From IMG/VR virus record IMGVR_UViG_3300049219_000004: a DNA stretch of 64,000 nt. The stretch is one strand, 5' to 3'. Origin of the DNA: a virus. Its lineage: Duplodnaviria > Heunggongvirae > Uroviricota > Caudoviricetes. Below are positions 28,912 through 37,255 of this stretch, one piece after another (position 1 is the first letter of the stretch; every line of letters starts with the position of its first letter). Position numbers and translations under genes: made by a program. The notes under the pieces were generated by a model. The model had not been told where the DNA came from. It saw only the letters and a list, made by a program, of their open reading frames with translations, and ran no database searches.

Positions 28912-29352
28912 TTACTCACTGCCAAGTTCTGCTTCCAGCTCTTCAAAGGTATCGCCCTTCACAATTACTTTCTTGACTGGCGTAGGTTTACCTTGAGGTA
29001 CAGGTTTATTACGTGCGACGAAATATGGTTTCAGTTCTCCCGCTTTGTAGGGACGAGGGCTGTCCTTGGTAGAACGTGCAGCACCCTTGATGGCAGATTT
29101 CAACTCACTCTCCATCGTCTTGATTTCATCAATCACGTCTTTGTTTTGTTCCTCTACATAAGCTTTCAGTTGCTCTTGTAGATTGGAGATTTCCTGTTTC
29201 AGTTCTTGAGCGTGTTCATCGGTTTCCTTGAAGTCTTTGATGATTTGCTTCTTCTTTTCGATGTCACGAATCCGAGGGCCAATCTCACGGCTATACTCGA
29301 TCAGGGCTACTTGCGGAGCGGTTGCTTTAGGGCTTTCTTGTTCGGCTTTCAT
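28912..29352 (-). CDS. hypothetical coiled-coil protein (146 aa)
   Basis: K/E-rich predicted coiled coil; last gene of the minus-strand module. Confidence 0.45.
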   Translation of the reverse strand: MKAEQESPKATAPQVALIEYSREIGPRIRDIEKKKQIIKDFKETDEHAQELKQEISNLQEQLKAYVEEQNKDVIDEIKTMESELKSAIKGAARSTKDSPRPYKAGELKPYFVARNKPVPQGKPTPVKKVIVKGDTFEELEAELGSE

Positions 29353-29600
29353 TCAAAAATCGCTTTCATTTTCTGGGCAATGCCAGTGGCACGGAGTGAT
29401 TCGGACAGAGCACGAGCTTTCACTTCGGACTGTGCAGCAATCACACGCTCAGCCTCTTGAGCTGCTGCTTCGTTGATTTGAGAAACGGTTTCCAGATCAG
29501 CAATAGTAGTGTTGAAGGCTTCCATCACACCGTCAACGGTGGAAGGTTTGGTAGTGTTAGCTCCGAAAATAGAGCTGAACACGGACGGTTCTTTACGCAT
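29349..29600 (-). CDS. hypothetical protein (83 aa)
   Basis: ORF with SD (AAAAGGAGAATAATAATG). Confidence 0.45.
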   Translation of the reverse strand: MRKEPSVFSSIFGANTTKPSTVDGVMEAFNTTIADLETVSQINEAAAQEAERVIAAQSEVKARALSESLRATGIAQKMKAIFE

Positions 29601-29618
29601 TATTATTCTCCTTTTAAA

Positions 29619-29792
29619 TTAGAAATAGCCCAGCAGTGCACCAAGAGGTGGCACGAAGATACCTACGATACGAATCAGAGCCATCAAGGTAATGCCGCCA
29701 TCAGCAAGGCAGATGAGTTTAACGATATTTGCTAGCCAGCCACTGATTCCGGCGATCCAGATAGCTACAATGATAAGTGAGTAAATCTTCAT
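29619..29792 (-). CDS. small hydrophobic membrane protein (57 aa), not in supplied ORF track
   Basis: ATG at 29792 preceded by AAAGGAGAAACAAAA; product MKIYSLIIVAIWIAGISGWLANIVKLICLADGGITLMALIRIVGIFVPPLGALLGYF. Confidence 0.4.
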   Translation of the reverse strand: MKIYSLIIVAIWIAGISGWLANIVKLICLADGGITLMALIRIVGIFVPPLGALLGYF

Positions 29793-29815
29793 TTTTGTTT
29801 CTCCTTTTAAGTAGT

Positions 29816-30271
29816 TTAAGTAGCCAGTGGAACATCTACCAGTACCATAAATTGCTGACGAATATCTGCATGCTTCCGAGCAAGCTCTTCAGTTTTTAGT
29901 GCAATTGCCAAGTCTTCTCGTTTTGCAAGTGTGCTAGAAATGAAGCTGCGTTCAGAAGGTGTCATCCAAGTGTCATTAATTGTGAAGTCATTTTTATCTT
30001 TTAAAAGACTCCTGAGCATCAAACTTGTGTGGGTACGGTGGTAATATACCCGTACTTCGGTTCCGCTATATCTAGGCCCTTCGACAACTTTCCAGTCCTC
30101 CAACTTCAAAAGTGATGCGGCCAAAGACTTAACAGGCTCAGAAATGTCTTGAGTTTCCTCGTCTAGAATTTCTTCCAAGTCTGCTGCATATTCCAGAGTT
30201 AACTTTAGCTCCAACTCTGGAAATTTTGATTGTTTTGAAAGCCAATTAAACATCAATCCTCCTTCAGCCAC
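29816..30271 (-). CDS. hypothetical protein, translationally coupled partner of macro-domain gene
   Basis: 151 aa, start overlaps macro-domain gene 3' end by 19 nt. Confidence 0.5.
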   Translation of the reverse strand: MAEGGLMFNWLSKQSKFPELELKLTLEYAADLEEILDEETQDISEPVKSLAASLLKLEDWKVVEGPRYSGTEVRVYYHRTHTSLMLRSLLKDKNDFTINDTWMTPSERSFISSTLAKREDLAIALKTEELARKHADIRQQFMVLVDVPLAT

Positions 30272-30732
30272 AACGTAGCGTCTACATCATGGAACACAGC
30301 TTGAAAGATAGCAGTGAGACGCTTCACGTCACCACCGCCCAGCCCACCGCCAATCATCGGTAGGTAGACAGGAAGGTTGTCAGCTAGTGCTACATCTCGC
30401 ACAGATTCTAGAGCCTTAATTACAGCGACATAGCTAACATATTGCCTACCGTCACGTCCATAGTTCTCTTGGGTAATAGCATTGCAAACAATCACTGAGG
30501 TAATGTTTGTCTTCTTCACAAACTGAGTAGAACCTAAGTCAAAACCGAAGTCGTTGTACTCTTGCTTGTAAGCTTCAAACGCATGCGGGTAGAGCTTCTT
30601 GACGAGAGCTGCTACGCCACTGCCCATCACACCTTTTGCGTTACAACCGTGAACGAAGATAACTCCTTCTCCAGCTTCATGTCTCTTCAGAAGTTCGTTG
30701 AATACATCACCAGATTCAATTTTAAGTGGCAT
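30253..30732 (-). CDS. macro domain protein (ADP-ribose binding/processing)
   Basis: 159 aa; GVIFVHGCNAKGVMGSGVAALVKK matches the macro-domain nucleotide-binding core (vvNaANxxlxxGgGVxxAI), C-terminal GGGLGGG glycine loop. Confidence 0.7.
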   Translation of the reverse strand: MPLKIESGDVFNELLKRHEAGEGVIFVHGCNAKGVMGSGVAALVKKLYPHAFEAYKQEYNDFGFDLGSTQFVKKTNITSVIVCNAITQENYGRDGRQYVSYVAVIKALESVRDVALADNLPVYLPMIGGGLGGGDVKRLTAIFQAVFHDVDATLWLKED

Positions 30733-31140
30733 TATTTTATTCCTTTATCGTACTAGATCAATATACTGGCCGAATTCTCGATCAAACACACTGATAAGAT
30801 TTTCATAATCGGAGGATTGCATTTCAGTGACTATAGCTTCAGCGTTCAATCCAAGTTTCTTCGCCATATCTTTCCTTTCTTCGGTACATTCCCCATCGCC
30901 TTACAATGGGAGCATTTACAGGTACACTTCTTTGCCATCACTCCTCCTACGAACAAAAACTGACACGCTCACCTTGAAAGCCTGACTTTCGAATCATCTC
31001 GCCGTAAGCCTCAAGGGAGATGATTGCCTTGCCATTAATGTATCAAGCGTACGTGAAGAAACTCTTTCTTATAGTACCTTGTTGGATACTTACTAGTGTC
31101 AATTTAATCATTTCTTTCCTTTGTTGAACAGATAGGTAAC

Positions 31141-31170
31141 ATTGTATTGCTACCTACCTATTCGTGTCAA
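31141..31170 (-). promoter_or_regulatory. sigma70-like promoter on minus strand (TTGACA-18-TACAAT) reading into 30.7-31.1 kb leader and macro-domain operon
   Basis: Minus-sense TTGACA (plus 31165-31170), spacer CGAATAGGTAGGTAGCAA, TACAAT (plus 31141-31146). Confidence 0.45.
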
Positions 31171-31177
31171 GAATTAA

Positions 31178-32548
31178 TTAAGCAACGTAGTGACGCTGCC
31201 CCTTTTGAGAATGTGGGCCTGCATCATAAGCTTTCTTGCCTGCTTGCTTGGCATAGGCACGGGCTTGGTCACGAGTAGCAAAGAACGTGCTCTGCACACC
31301 ATGAGGCATATGATAGCGAACACGTGCACCGTTACCAGCCGTACCCAGTGGCAGGATTGCCAGAGGCTTCACAGGGGCTACCGAAACAGCAGGTACAGGC
31401 TTCTTCGATGCTACAGGTGAAGAAGTAGGCTTGCCAGTTGCAGGAGCCTGAGCCAATACAGGCACAACAGGAGCGTTGTTCTGACCAGCGTAGCGGGTCA
31501 AATCAGCCTGCGTTACAGGACGCCCTTTCTCTGCCCAGTACAGAATACCAGTACCAGCTACCAGCTTACGATTCACCGACTCCGATTGAATGAAGATGTC
31601 ATATTCCCCGTTGCCGTGGTTAGGGTGGATACGAGCATTGTTCACGGTATCCAGACCCAGCATCTTACGAGCATCAGGGCCAGCATACACTTTGCCAGTG
31701 GACTTCTCGCGGATCAGAATCAGCTTCGAAGGAGAAACCTTCGGCTCAGTTTTAGTGAGCTGGTAGAACGCACCACCAATCAGGTATTCAGTACGCTTCG
31801 ACAGAATGAAGTCACGAATCTGGGCACCATCGTGGAATTGATCCACTACGTACAGCGAAGTTTTAGCACTGATGTCCACCAGAGCCGAAGTGTTCACAGC
31901 CGACGTGTTGGTGTAGAACACGTTAGACGATTGAGCACCAGCCGAACGAGCGGAGAAGTAGGTGTTCATTGCTTGTGCAGTAGCCGCAGTGGACTTCTCC
32001 ATACCAGCAGAAGTAGTTTCCCATTCCTGAATGTTATCAGCCGGGATGCCCAGATTCATAACAGTGCTACGATGACCAGAAGGCACGCGGACAACGAAAG
32101 TCCAACGACCTGTACGTTGAACTGCTTCAATCTTCTGACGCAGGGACTGTGCAGTGTGAATCCGCGAACTGCACTCTTCACCGTCAGTAGTAGTCATGAC
32201 GAGGAACGATACGTGAGAGTCGTTTGCATCTGGCAGCGATTGGAACAGATCGATCATGTTTGCGATACCGTCGTACAGAGGAGTACCGCCCGGAGTAGGC
32301 CAGTCAACGACAGGCTTCAGCACGTGAGGATTCGACACAACGACTTGACGCGTTACTTCAGAGTCACGCGGATAACCGAAAGCCACCACCGATACGACAG
32401 TATCCAGCATTTCACGGGTGGCTGCTTCCTTCACAGTAGTGATGGTAGAGTTGTAGTCTTTAGTTGCTGCACGAGCACGAACGCCGCGCATGCTGCCAGA
32501 GTGGTCATTAACGAAGCCAATGTAGTTCTTAGGTTGTTTTTGATTCAT
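31178..32548 (-). CDS. von Willebrand factor A (vWA) domain protein
   Basis: 456 aa; N-terminal FVNDHSGSM = MIDAS DxSxS motif, later T and D residues consistent with vWA fold; C-terminal Pro/Ala/Lys-rich linker plus unknown domain. Confidence 0.65.
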   Translation of the reverse strand: MNQKQPKNYIGFVNDHSGSMRGVRARAATKDYNSTITTVKEAATREMLDTVVSVVAFGYPRDSEVTRQVVVSNPHVLKPVVDWPTPGGTPLYDGIANMIDLFQSLPDANDSHVSFLVMTTTDGEECSSRIHTAQSLRQKIEAVQRTGRWTFVVRVPSGHRSTVMNLGIPADNIQEWETTSAGMEKSTAATAQAMNTYFSARSAGAQSSNVFYTNTSAVNTSALVDISAKTSLYVVDQFHDGAQIRDFILSKRTEYLIGGAFYQLTKTEPKVSPSKLILIREKSTGKVYAGPDARKMLGLDTVNNARIHPNHGNGEYDIFIQSESVNRKLVAGTGILYWAEKGRPVTQADLTRYAGQNNAPVVPVLAQAPATGKPTSSPVASKKPVPAVSVAPVKPLAILPLGTAGNGARVRYHMPHGVQSTFFATRDQARAYAKQAGKKAYDAGPHSQKGQRHYVA

Positions 32549-32569
32549 TGTTATTTCTCCTTAGTTAGT

Positions 32570-32824
32570 TTAATTGATAGTGCTATTACGTTTTAGTTCT
32601 GCCGCTTTGAACACATCACGGACGAACATGCATCGAGACTGAGTATTCTCCAAGTAGAAGGAGCGACCGATGTAATCCCCGGACATGGTGTAAGCAAGTA
32701 CAGTGGAATCATCAATCACCTCTTCTACTCTGAAAACTGTAAGCAGTGCTTCGTAGTTTTCAATATCAGAGAACGCTACAACATCGCCAGCATAGAGCCT
32801 TTTACCGAAGATGTCGAGTGCCAT
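32570..32824 (-). CDS. hypothetical protein (84 aa)
   Basis: ORF 4 nt downstream of NAMPT-like gene stop. Confidence 0.4.
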   Translation of the reverse strand: MALDIFGKRLYAGDVVAFSDIENYEALLTVFRVEEVIDDSTVLAYTMSGDYIGRSFYLENTQSRCMFVRDVFKAAELKRNSTIN

Positions 32825-32827
32825 AGT

Positions 32828-34480
32828 TTATTGCTTCAGGCGTGCTGCAATTTCTGCAAACGTTTGGGTGTTGACAGCTTCACCGTCCATGAACACAGTG
32901 CGGAGTTCACCTCGCCGTTCTTCAATCTCGCCTTGCTTGTCATACAGGACAAACTTACCATCCTCCAGTTCGACACGTAGAAGGCCAGTAGCAGACTTTT
33001 TCATGCCATCCCCAGTAGCAGGGTCTTTCTGAATATCCCGTGCACCGCCGTCTACTTGGCCCCACGTCGCTTTCACGGCCATACCGAAGGTATCACGAGT
33101 GATATACTGGTAGGTGTACGAGCCAACGCCGAACACAATGTTACCAGCACTAAAGCCTTTGTCCATCAAGCGTTGCAGAATTTCTTCAGCACGTCTCAAC
33201 GTGATGCTGTCACCATAGATCAGGCCGACACGTTGGTTCAGAGTCTTGTAACCCTTCTCCGTCATGTCACCACCAAACACGTCCCACAGGCATTCGACTG
33301 CGCCCTTCACTTCGTGCTCTGGTACTTCACGACCGAGGATGAGACCGAAGTGCTGGCTGGGGCCGAATTCAAACACTTTACCGAAGATACGCACCGCATC
33401 ATACTCGTCTTCCAACTTGTACGAATTTTCAACGCTCACAAACACACGTCCGTCTTCCGACTGTTTGAAATTTGCTTCCGAGATGTCTTTGACACGCAGG
33501 CCCGCGACAATCTTCACAGGATCGCCCGAGTCAGGACGGAACACAACTTTCGCCATGCCCAGACCGTTCGGGGTACGGTTCAGGATGTCTTGACGCAGCA
33601 CAGCGGCAAACTCTGTAATCACTTTCCAGAAGTCCCACGTATCCGAGACGATGGACACGATGCCCGAAGGGTAGACATCCTTGATTAGACGGCGGAACGT
33701 GCGAATCTCGCTGTCTTTGCCACCCATGCACATTACGGAGTGTTCCGTGGCAGGTACGGAGCCAGCTACCAGTTCCTTCGTAACGTCAGCACCGTAGTAC
33801 TCTTCCAGATAATCCACAGCCGGAAGGGTATCAGTGCCACGCGAGATGAACAGATGAGCAGCACCAGCCTTAGCGGCACTCTGCCAGCCACACATACCAC
33901 GCATCGAGAAGTCATGAATCTGCCAGTCAGCAAATTCTTTAGACGAACCCGTGAGTTCCACGTATTTGTTCAGAATACGACGGTATTCGTAAGTAATGGT
34001 AGCTACGGTGATTTGTTGCCACAGCTCGTCCGACAGGACAGTTTCCAGATAATTCGTCAGCCAATAAAACTGAGGCAAAGTGTTACGAATCGTCAGGAAC
34101 GGAACTTTAATATCTACACGACTACCTTCAGGCAGGGCTTTGATGATGATAGGCAGATAGCCCAAATCATGCAGAGCTGCAATATGATCGGTGCGTACTG
34201 CGTTCTCACCTAGGAACGTATCACAGCGACGTTTGTACTCAGCAATCACTTCGTCCTTTGGACGCTTGAAGAAGTGTTCGTTCCACGCTTCAATCAGGAA
34301 CTCTTGGACGAAGCCTCGCAAGCCAACGAATACAACTTTGTTGTCGAACATGTCGCCCATATTAGCGTGAGCAGCACTACGAGCTGTCAGATTGGAATAC
34401 ACATAATCGGTGCCTTCCGGGTACTGGTCGATGTGACCTAGCTTGTAGCTATCCAGAATCAGATGTGGTTTGATTTTCAT
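32828..34480 (-). CDS. nicotinamide phosphoribosyltransferase-like protein (NAMPT/NadV family; candidate Namat of a NARP1-type NAD+ reconstitution pathway)
   Basis: 550 aa; N-terminal NAMPT region (MKIKPHLILDSYKLGHIDQYPEGTDYVYSN.., GYLPIIIKALPEG) and overall length typical of NAMPT; adjacent to Prs-like gene. Confidence 0.85.
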   Translation of the reverse strand: MKIKPHLILDSYKLGHIDQYPEGTDYVYSNLTARSAAHANMGDMFDNKVVFVGLRGFVQEFLIEAWNEHFFKRPKDEVIAEYKRRCDTFLGENAVRTDHIAALHDLGYLPIIIKALPEGSRVDIKVPFLTIRNTLPQFYWLTNYLETVLSDELWQQITVATITYEYRRILNKYVELTGSSKEFADWQIHDFSMRGMCGWQSAAKAGAAHLFISRGTDTLPAVDYLEEYYGADVTKELVAGSVPATEHSVMCMGGKDSEIRTFRRLIKDVYPSGIVSIVSDTWDFWKVITEFAAVLRQDILNRTPNGLGMAKVVFRPDSGDPVKIVAGLRVKDISEANFKQSEDGRVFVSVENSYKLEDEYDAVRIFGKVFEFGPSQHFGLILGREVPEHEVKGAVECLWDVFGGDMTEKGYKTLNQRVGLIYGDSITLRRAEEILQRLMDKGFSAGNIVFGVGSYTYQYITRDTFGMAVKATWGQVDGGARDIQKDPATGDGMKKSATGLLRVELEDGKFVLYDKQGEIEERRGELRTVFMDGEAVNTQTFAEIAARLKQ

Positions 34481-34507
34481 TTGTTCTCCTTTGGTTGTTA
34501 AGTAAGA

Positions 34508-35086
34508 CTACATAGTAGCAGATAGTTTTACGAATGTACAGCCCCTGTGTGACTTTCTTTTGCCAAGCAAGACTGCGGATATAAGGCGGAAGTCAAAGCC
34601 CTTCCGCTTCATATCTTCGTTACCGTACATGGTTGTCACGAGTTTTCCAGCTTTGTCATATACCTCCACAGCCCCGGTGAATGCGAAAGCTTTAGCAGCG
34701 AACGGGTGATCAACAAATAGGCCGCTATCAATGGCATGATCTTTGTTCTCTTCGTTAGTCGCCCACTCTAAGTTGCTGATAATGTTATTAGTCTTATCCC
34801 CGTCTTTGTGGTTTACTTGAGGTTTGTCGTCGGGGTTAGGAACGAAAGCCTCTGCTACTAGCCGGTGTACCTTTCTAGTGAACTTACTGCCGCCCACGCT
34901 GAGGCGTACGCGAGAGTATCCCCGCTTGTCAGGGTGGGGAGCTAACACTACCCCACCAATAACACGACTTGGCTTGTTATCACTGAAAGTCAGGAGCCTT
35001 ACAACACTTCTGACCTTCCCATGATTACTAACCTCGTAAAACCCTTCGAAGCCATTACAGCTTTTCCAAGATTCCGTAGGTGTCAT
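34508..35086 (-). CDS. HNH homing endonuclease (NUMOD4/HNH_3 type) inserted between NAMPT-like and Prs-like genes
   Basis: 192 aa; N-terminal ..WKSCNGFEGFYEVSNHGKVRS.. and ..HRLVAEAFVPNP..KPQVNHKDGDKTNNIISNLEWAT.. are hallmark free-standing phage HNH endonuclease motifs; overlaps Prs-like gene start. Confidence 0.7.
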   Translation of the reverse strand: MTPTESWKSCNGFEGFYEVSNHGKVRSVVRLLTFSDNKPSRVIGGVVLAPHPDKRGYSRVRLSVGGSKFTRKVHRLVAEAFVPNPDDKPQVNHKDGDKTNNIISNLEWATNEENKDHAIDSGLFVDHPFAAKAFAFTGAVEVYDKAGKLVTTMYGNEDMKRKGFDFRLISAVLLGKRKSHRGCTFVKLSATM

Positions 35087-35870
35087 TCGCCTTGTCCCTT
35101 CTCATATCATTCGCCACGTAAATCTTATCCAGTACACCGTGGAACTTGTCCACGCCAGCGCTGAACAGTCCGTGGGTAACGTACAAGCAAATCTTCCCAG
35201 TTGTGAGCTTGCGTAGCTCTGTAGCAAGAGCCACAAACGTCCCGCCAGCATCAAGAATGTCGTCCACGATTAGGAAGTCTTGGTTGCCGATGTGTGGGAT
35301 ACCAACGGTGCTGGTAGCTACAATCTTACCGCTAGCAAGGTCGCGTACCTTGCTAGCTTGTACAAAACCAACGAAGCCGCCCTCTTGTGCAAATTTGTGT
35401 GCTTTCTTCGATGCTCCTGAGTCAGGAGCTACGATGATAGTGTTAGCAATGTTTTTACGCAACTGTGGACGGCTCGACATCGCCCATTGTTCATGTACTA
35501 CAGTGTTATTGAACAAAGCAGCAGTAACATCTGAATGCGGGTCGAGGATGCAGACGGCTTCAAAGTTTAAGGCATTGATGAAGTCTGCTACTACTTTAAT
35601 GGACAAGCTTTCACCTTCATTGCAAACACGGTCTTGACGAGCGTAAGGCGCATATCCCATCCACAGTTTCAACTTCTTAGTCGGAAACTTCCTGCGGCAG
35701 GCATCAGCCAATAAGGCTAGATCGAATAGATCACCGTTATTCTCGAACGCCAGTTCCAGAGTTAGGTCAGGTTCCAATGGAGAGTTCATGGTTACACGAA
35801 TGCACGACTCACCTCCGGGGAACGTTGTCTTGGTGAAGCCTTCGGGGTAGCCTACAATATGAACGCTCAT
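35055..35870 (-). CDS. ribose-phosphate pyrophosphokinase (PRPP synthetase)-like protein; candidate ADP-ribose pyrophosphate synthetase (Adps) of NARP1
   Basis: 271 aa; PRPP-binding loop FLIVDDILDAGGTFVALATEL and ILDPHS motif of Prs family; shorter than bacterial Prs. Confidence 0.8.
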   Translation of the reverse strand: MSVHIVGYPEGFTKTTFPGGESCIRVTMNSPLEPDLTLELAFENNGDLFDLALLADACRRKFPTKKLKLWMGYAPYARQDRVCNEGESLSIKVVADFINALNFEAVCILDPHSDVTAALFNNTVVHEQWAMSSRPQLRKNIANTIIVAPDSGASKKAHKFAQEGGFVGFVQASKVRDLASGKIVATSTVGIPHIGNQDFLIVDDILDAGGTFVALATELRKLTTGKICLYVTHGLFSAGVDKFHGVLDKIYVANDMRRDKANDTYGILEKL

Positions 35871-36064
35871 ACGTATGCTCCTTCACGGAGTACACGAATC
35901 CAGCACTCGCCTACTTCTTTGTTTTTTACACGCTTGATGTCACAGTATGACCCAGCACGAATCTTCTCCAGTGGACATCCGTTCTCGCCAAGCGCACGTG
36001 ACAGGTTTGGGTTATAGCACCAGCCGGGAATAAACCGGCCTTCACGTTTGTTACGACTCTGCAT
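35867..36064 (-). CDS. small Cys-rich protein (65 aa)
   Basis: ORF overlapping Prs-like start; 6 Cys. Confidence 0.35.
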   Translation of the reverse strand: MQSRNKREGRFIPGWCYNPNLSRALGENGCPLEKIRAGSYCDIKRVKNKEVGECWIRVLREGAYV

Positions 36065-36486
36065 TACATGTTCTCCTTGTAAGTTGCGATACGATGCTTC
36101 AGACGAGCGATAGCAAGTTCCTTGTCAGTACAACCTACTGAAATAAGATCACCATACTCATCATACTTCGTATCAAAACCCAACGTAGCGTCCAACAATC
36201 CACTTGCATGACTGTGGAAAAGTTCTTTCATTGAGTTACACCCGAAGAGTTCATCACCTGCGTCGTTCCACACACTGACGCCGTTGACGGATGGAGTATC
36301 ATACTTATTCCATCTCATTCCTTGTGCTTGAAACTCTGGCATCGTACATGCCAAGCCAGCCACGCAGAGGATAGTTCCACATTCGGATTCCTGTTTCCAA
36401 GCGCACAGAGCGAATAACGCTTCAGGCTGTGCTTCTACTGCTTCCAGCAGCGTTTCCAGATTACTGATGATTGTTGCATTGCTCAT
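36064..36486 (-). CDS. hypothetical protein (140 aa)
   Basis: ORF coupled to neighbours. Confidence 0.45.
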   Translation of the reverse strand: MSNATIISNLETLLEAVEAQPEALFALCAWKQESECGTILCVAGLACTMPEFQAQGMRWNKYDTPSVNGVSVWNDAGDELFGCNSMKELFHSHASGLLDATLGFDTKYDEYGDLISVGCTDKELAIARLKHRIATYKENM

Positions 36487-36689
36487 TTTTCTTCTCCTTG
36501 TTCAACGTCCGAATACGGACAGTTTTCAACACCGGGGCATGAAAAGCCACCAGCATCCTCTTGTTGCTCACATTGACAACGCTTGTTGCGCTTCTTATTA
36601 AACGTTACAAGGTACTCTTTATATTCGTCCCATTCAGTCATCACAGCTTCCATAGGTTGGTTGCAGGAAGTCACAAAGAAGCGCAACAA
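36483..36689 (-). CDS. small Cys-rich protein (likely starts at internal Met ~36654)
   Basis: CQCEQQEDAGGFSCPGVENCPY; overlaps next ORF, internal start preceded by CCAACCT. Confidence 0.3.
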   Translation of the reverse strand: MLRFFVTSCNQPMEAVMTEWDEYKEYLVTFNKKRNKRCQCEQQEDAGGFSCPGVENCPYSDVEQGEEK

Positions 36690-36816
36690 TTATAGCACAG
36701 AACATAACTGTGGTGCAGTGCCAGCGTGCCGGCTCACTCCACAGCGCAATATTGAAGTTTGCCGCACCAAAGGCAAAGCCAAGATAAACTACCAACACTA
36801 CAATTGCAATTTTCAT
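36634..36816 (-). CDS. small membrane protein (60 aa)
   Basis: Start preceded by conserved leader ACTTCCAACTTACTAAGGAGGAAAAATG; hydrophobic N-terminus. Confidence 0.35.
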   Translation of the reverse strand: MKIAIVVLVVYLGFAFGAANFNIALWSEPARWHCTTVMFCAIIVALLCDFLQPTYGSCDD

Positions 36817-37214
36817 TTTTCCTCCTTAGTAAGTTGGAAGTATTTCATAATATTGTGTACATGATGCCTACGCTCTCCACGGAGAAAGATCAGTTGAGTA
36901 TTGCCTACATAAACTTCCTCGCTCTTGTACTCAGCAAGAATGAAACCGTTCTCGCTTAGCTCTTTAAGCCACTCGTCATCATACAACCAGCTACGAAGTT
37001 GGTCAATTGAAACGAAGCCATAGTGAAGCGTCTCGATCTTGGTATATGCTCGATGGCCAGCAGCAGTAATACTCGCAATAAGCAAACTGTCACGCTCTGG
37101 TTCAGGATGTCGAGAATCAGTAGAGTACGAGCTAATTTCATACAGCCCTCCCATACCACTGTATATCCCGCGCCTGTTATCTTTACGTTCGACACGGTAC
37201 ACAATTTGCTTCAT
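36813..37214 (-). CDS. hypothetical protein (133 aa)
   Basis: Start preceded by CCAACTAACGAGGG leader. Confidence 0.45.
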   Translation of the reverse strand: MKQIVYRVERKDNRRGIYSGMGGLYEISSYSTDSRHPEPERDSLLIASITAAGHRAYTKIETLHYGFVSIDQLRSWLYDDEWLKELSENGFILAEYKSEEVYVGNTQLIFLRGERRHHVHNIMKYFQLTKEEK

Positions 37215-37255
37215 GTTCGTCCCTCGTTAGTTGGTATGAACGAGAGTATGTACTG

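Noticed and set aside
31586-32596. 336-aa plus-strand ORF antisense to the vWA gene
   Set aside because: No recognisable motifs or SD; opposite to the strand organisation of the whole module. The vWA MIDAS motif supports the minus-strand reading.
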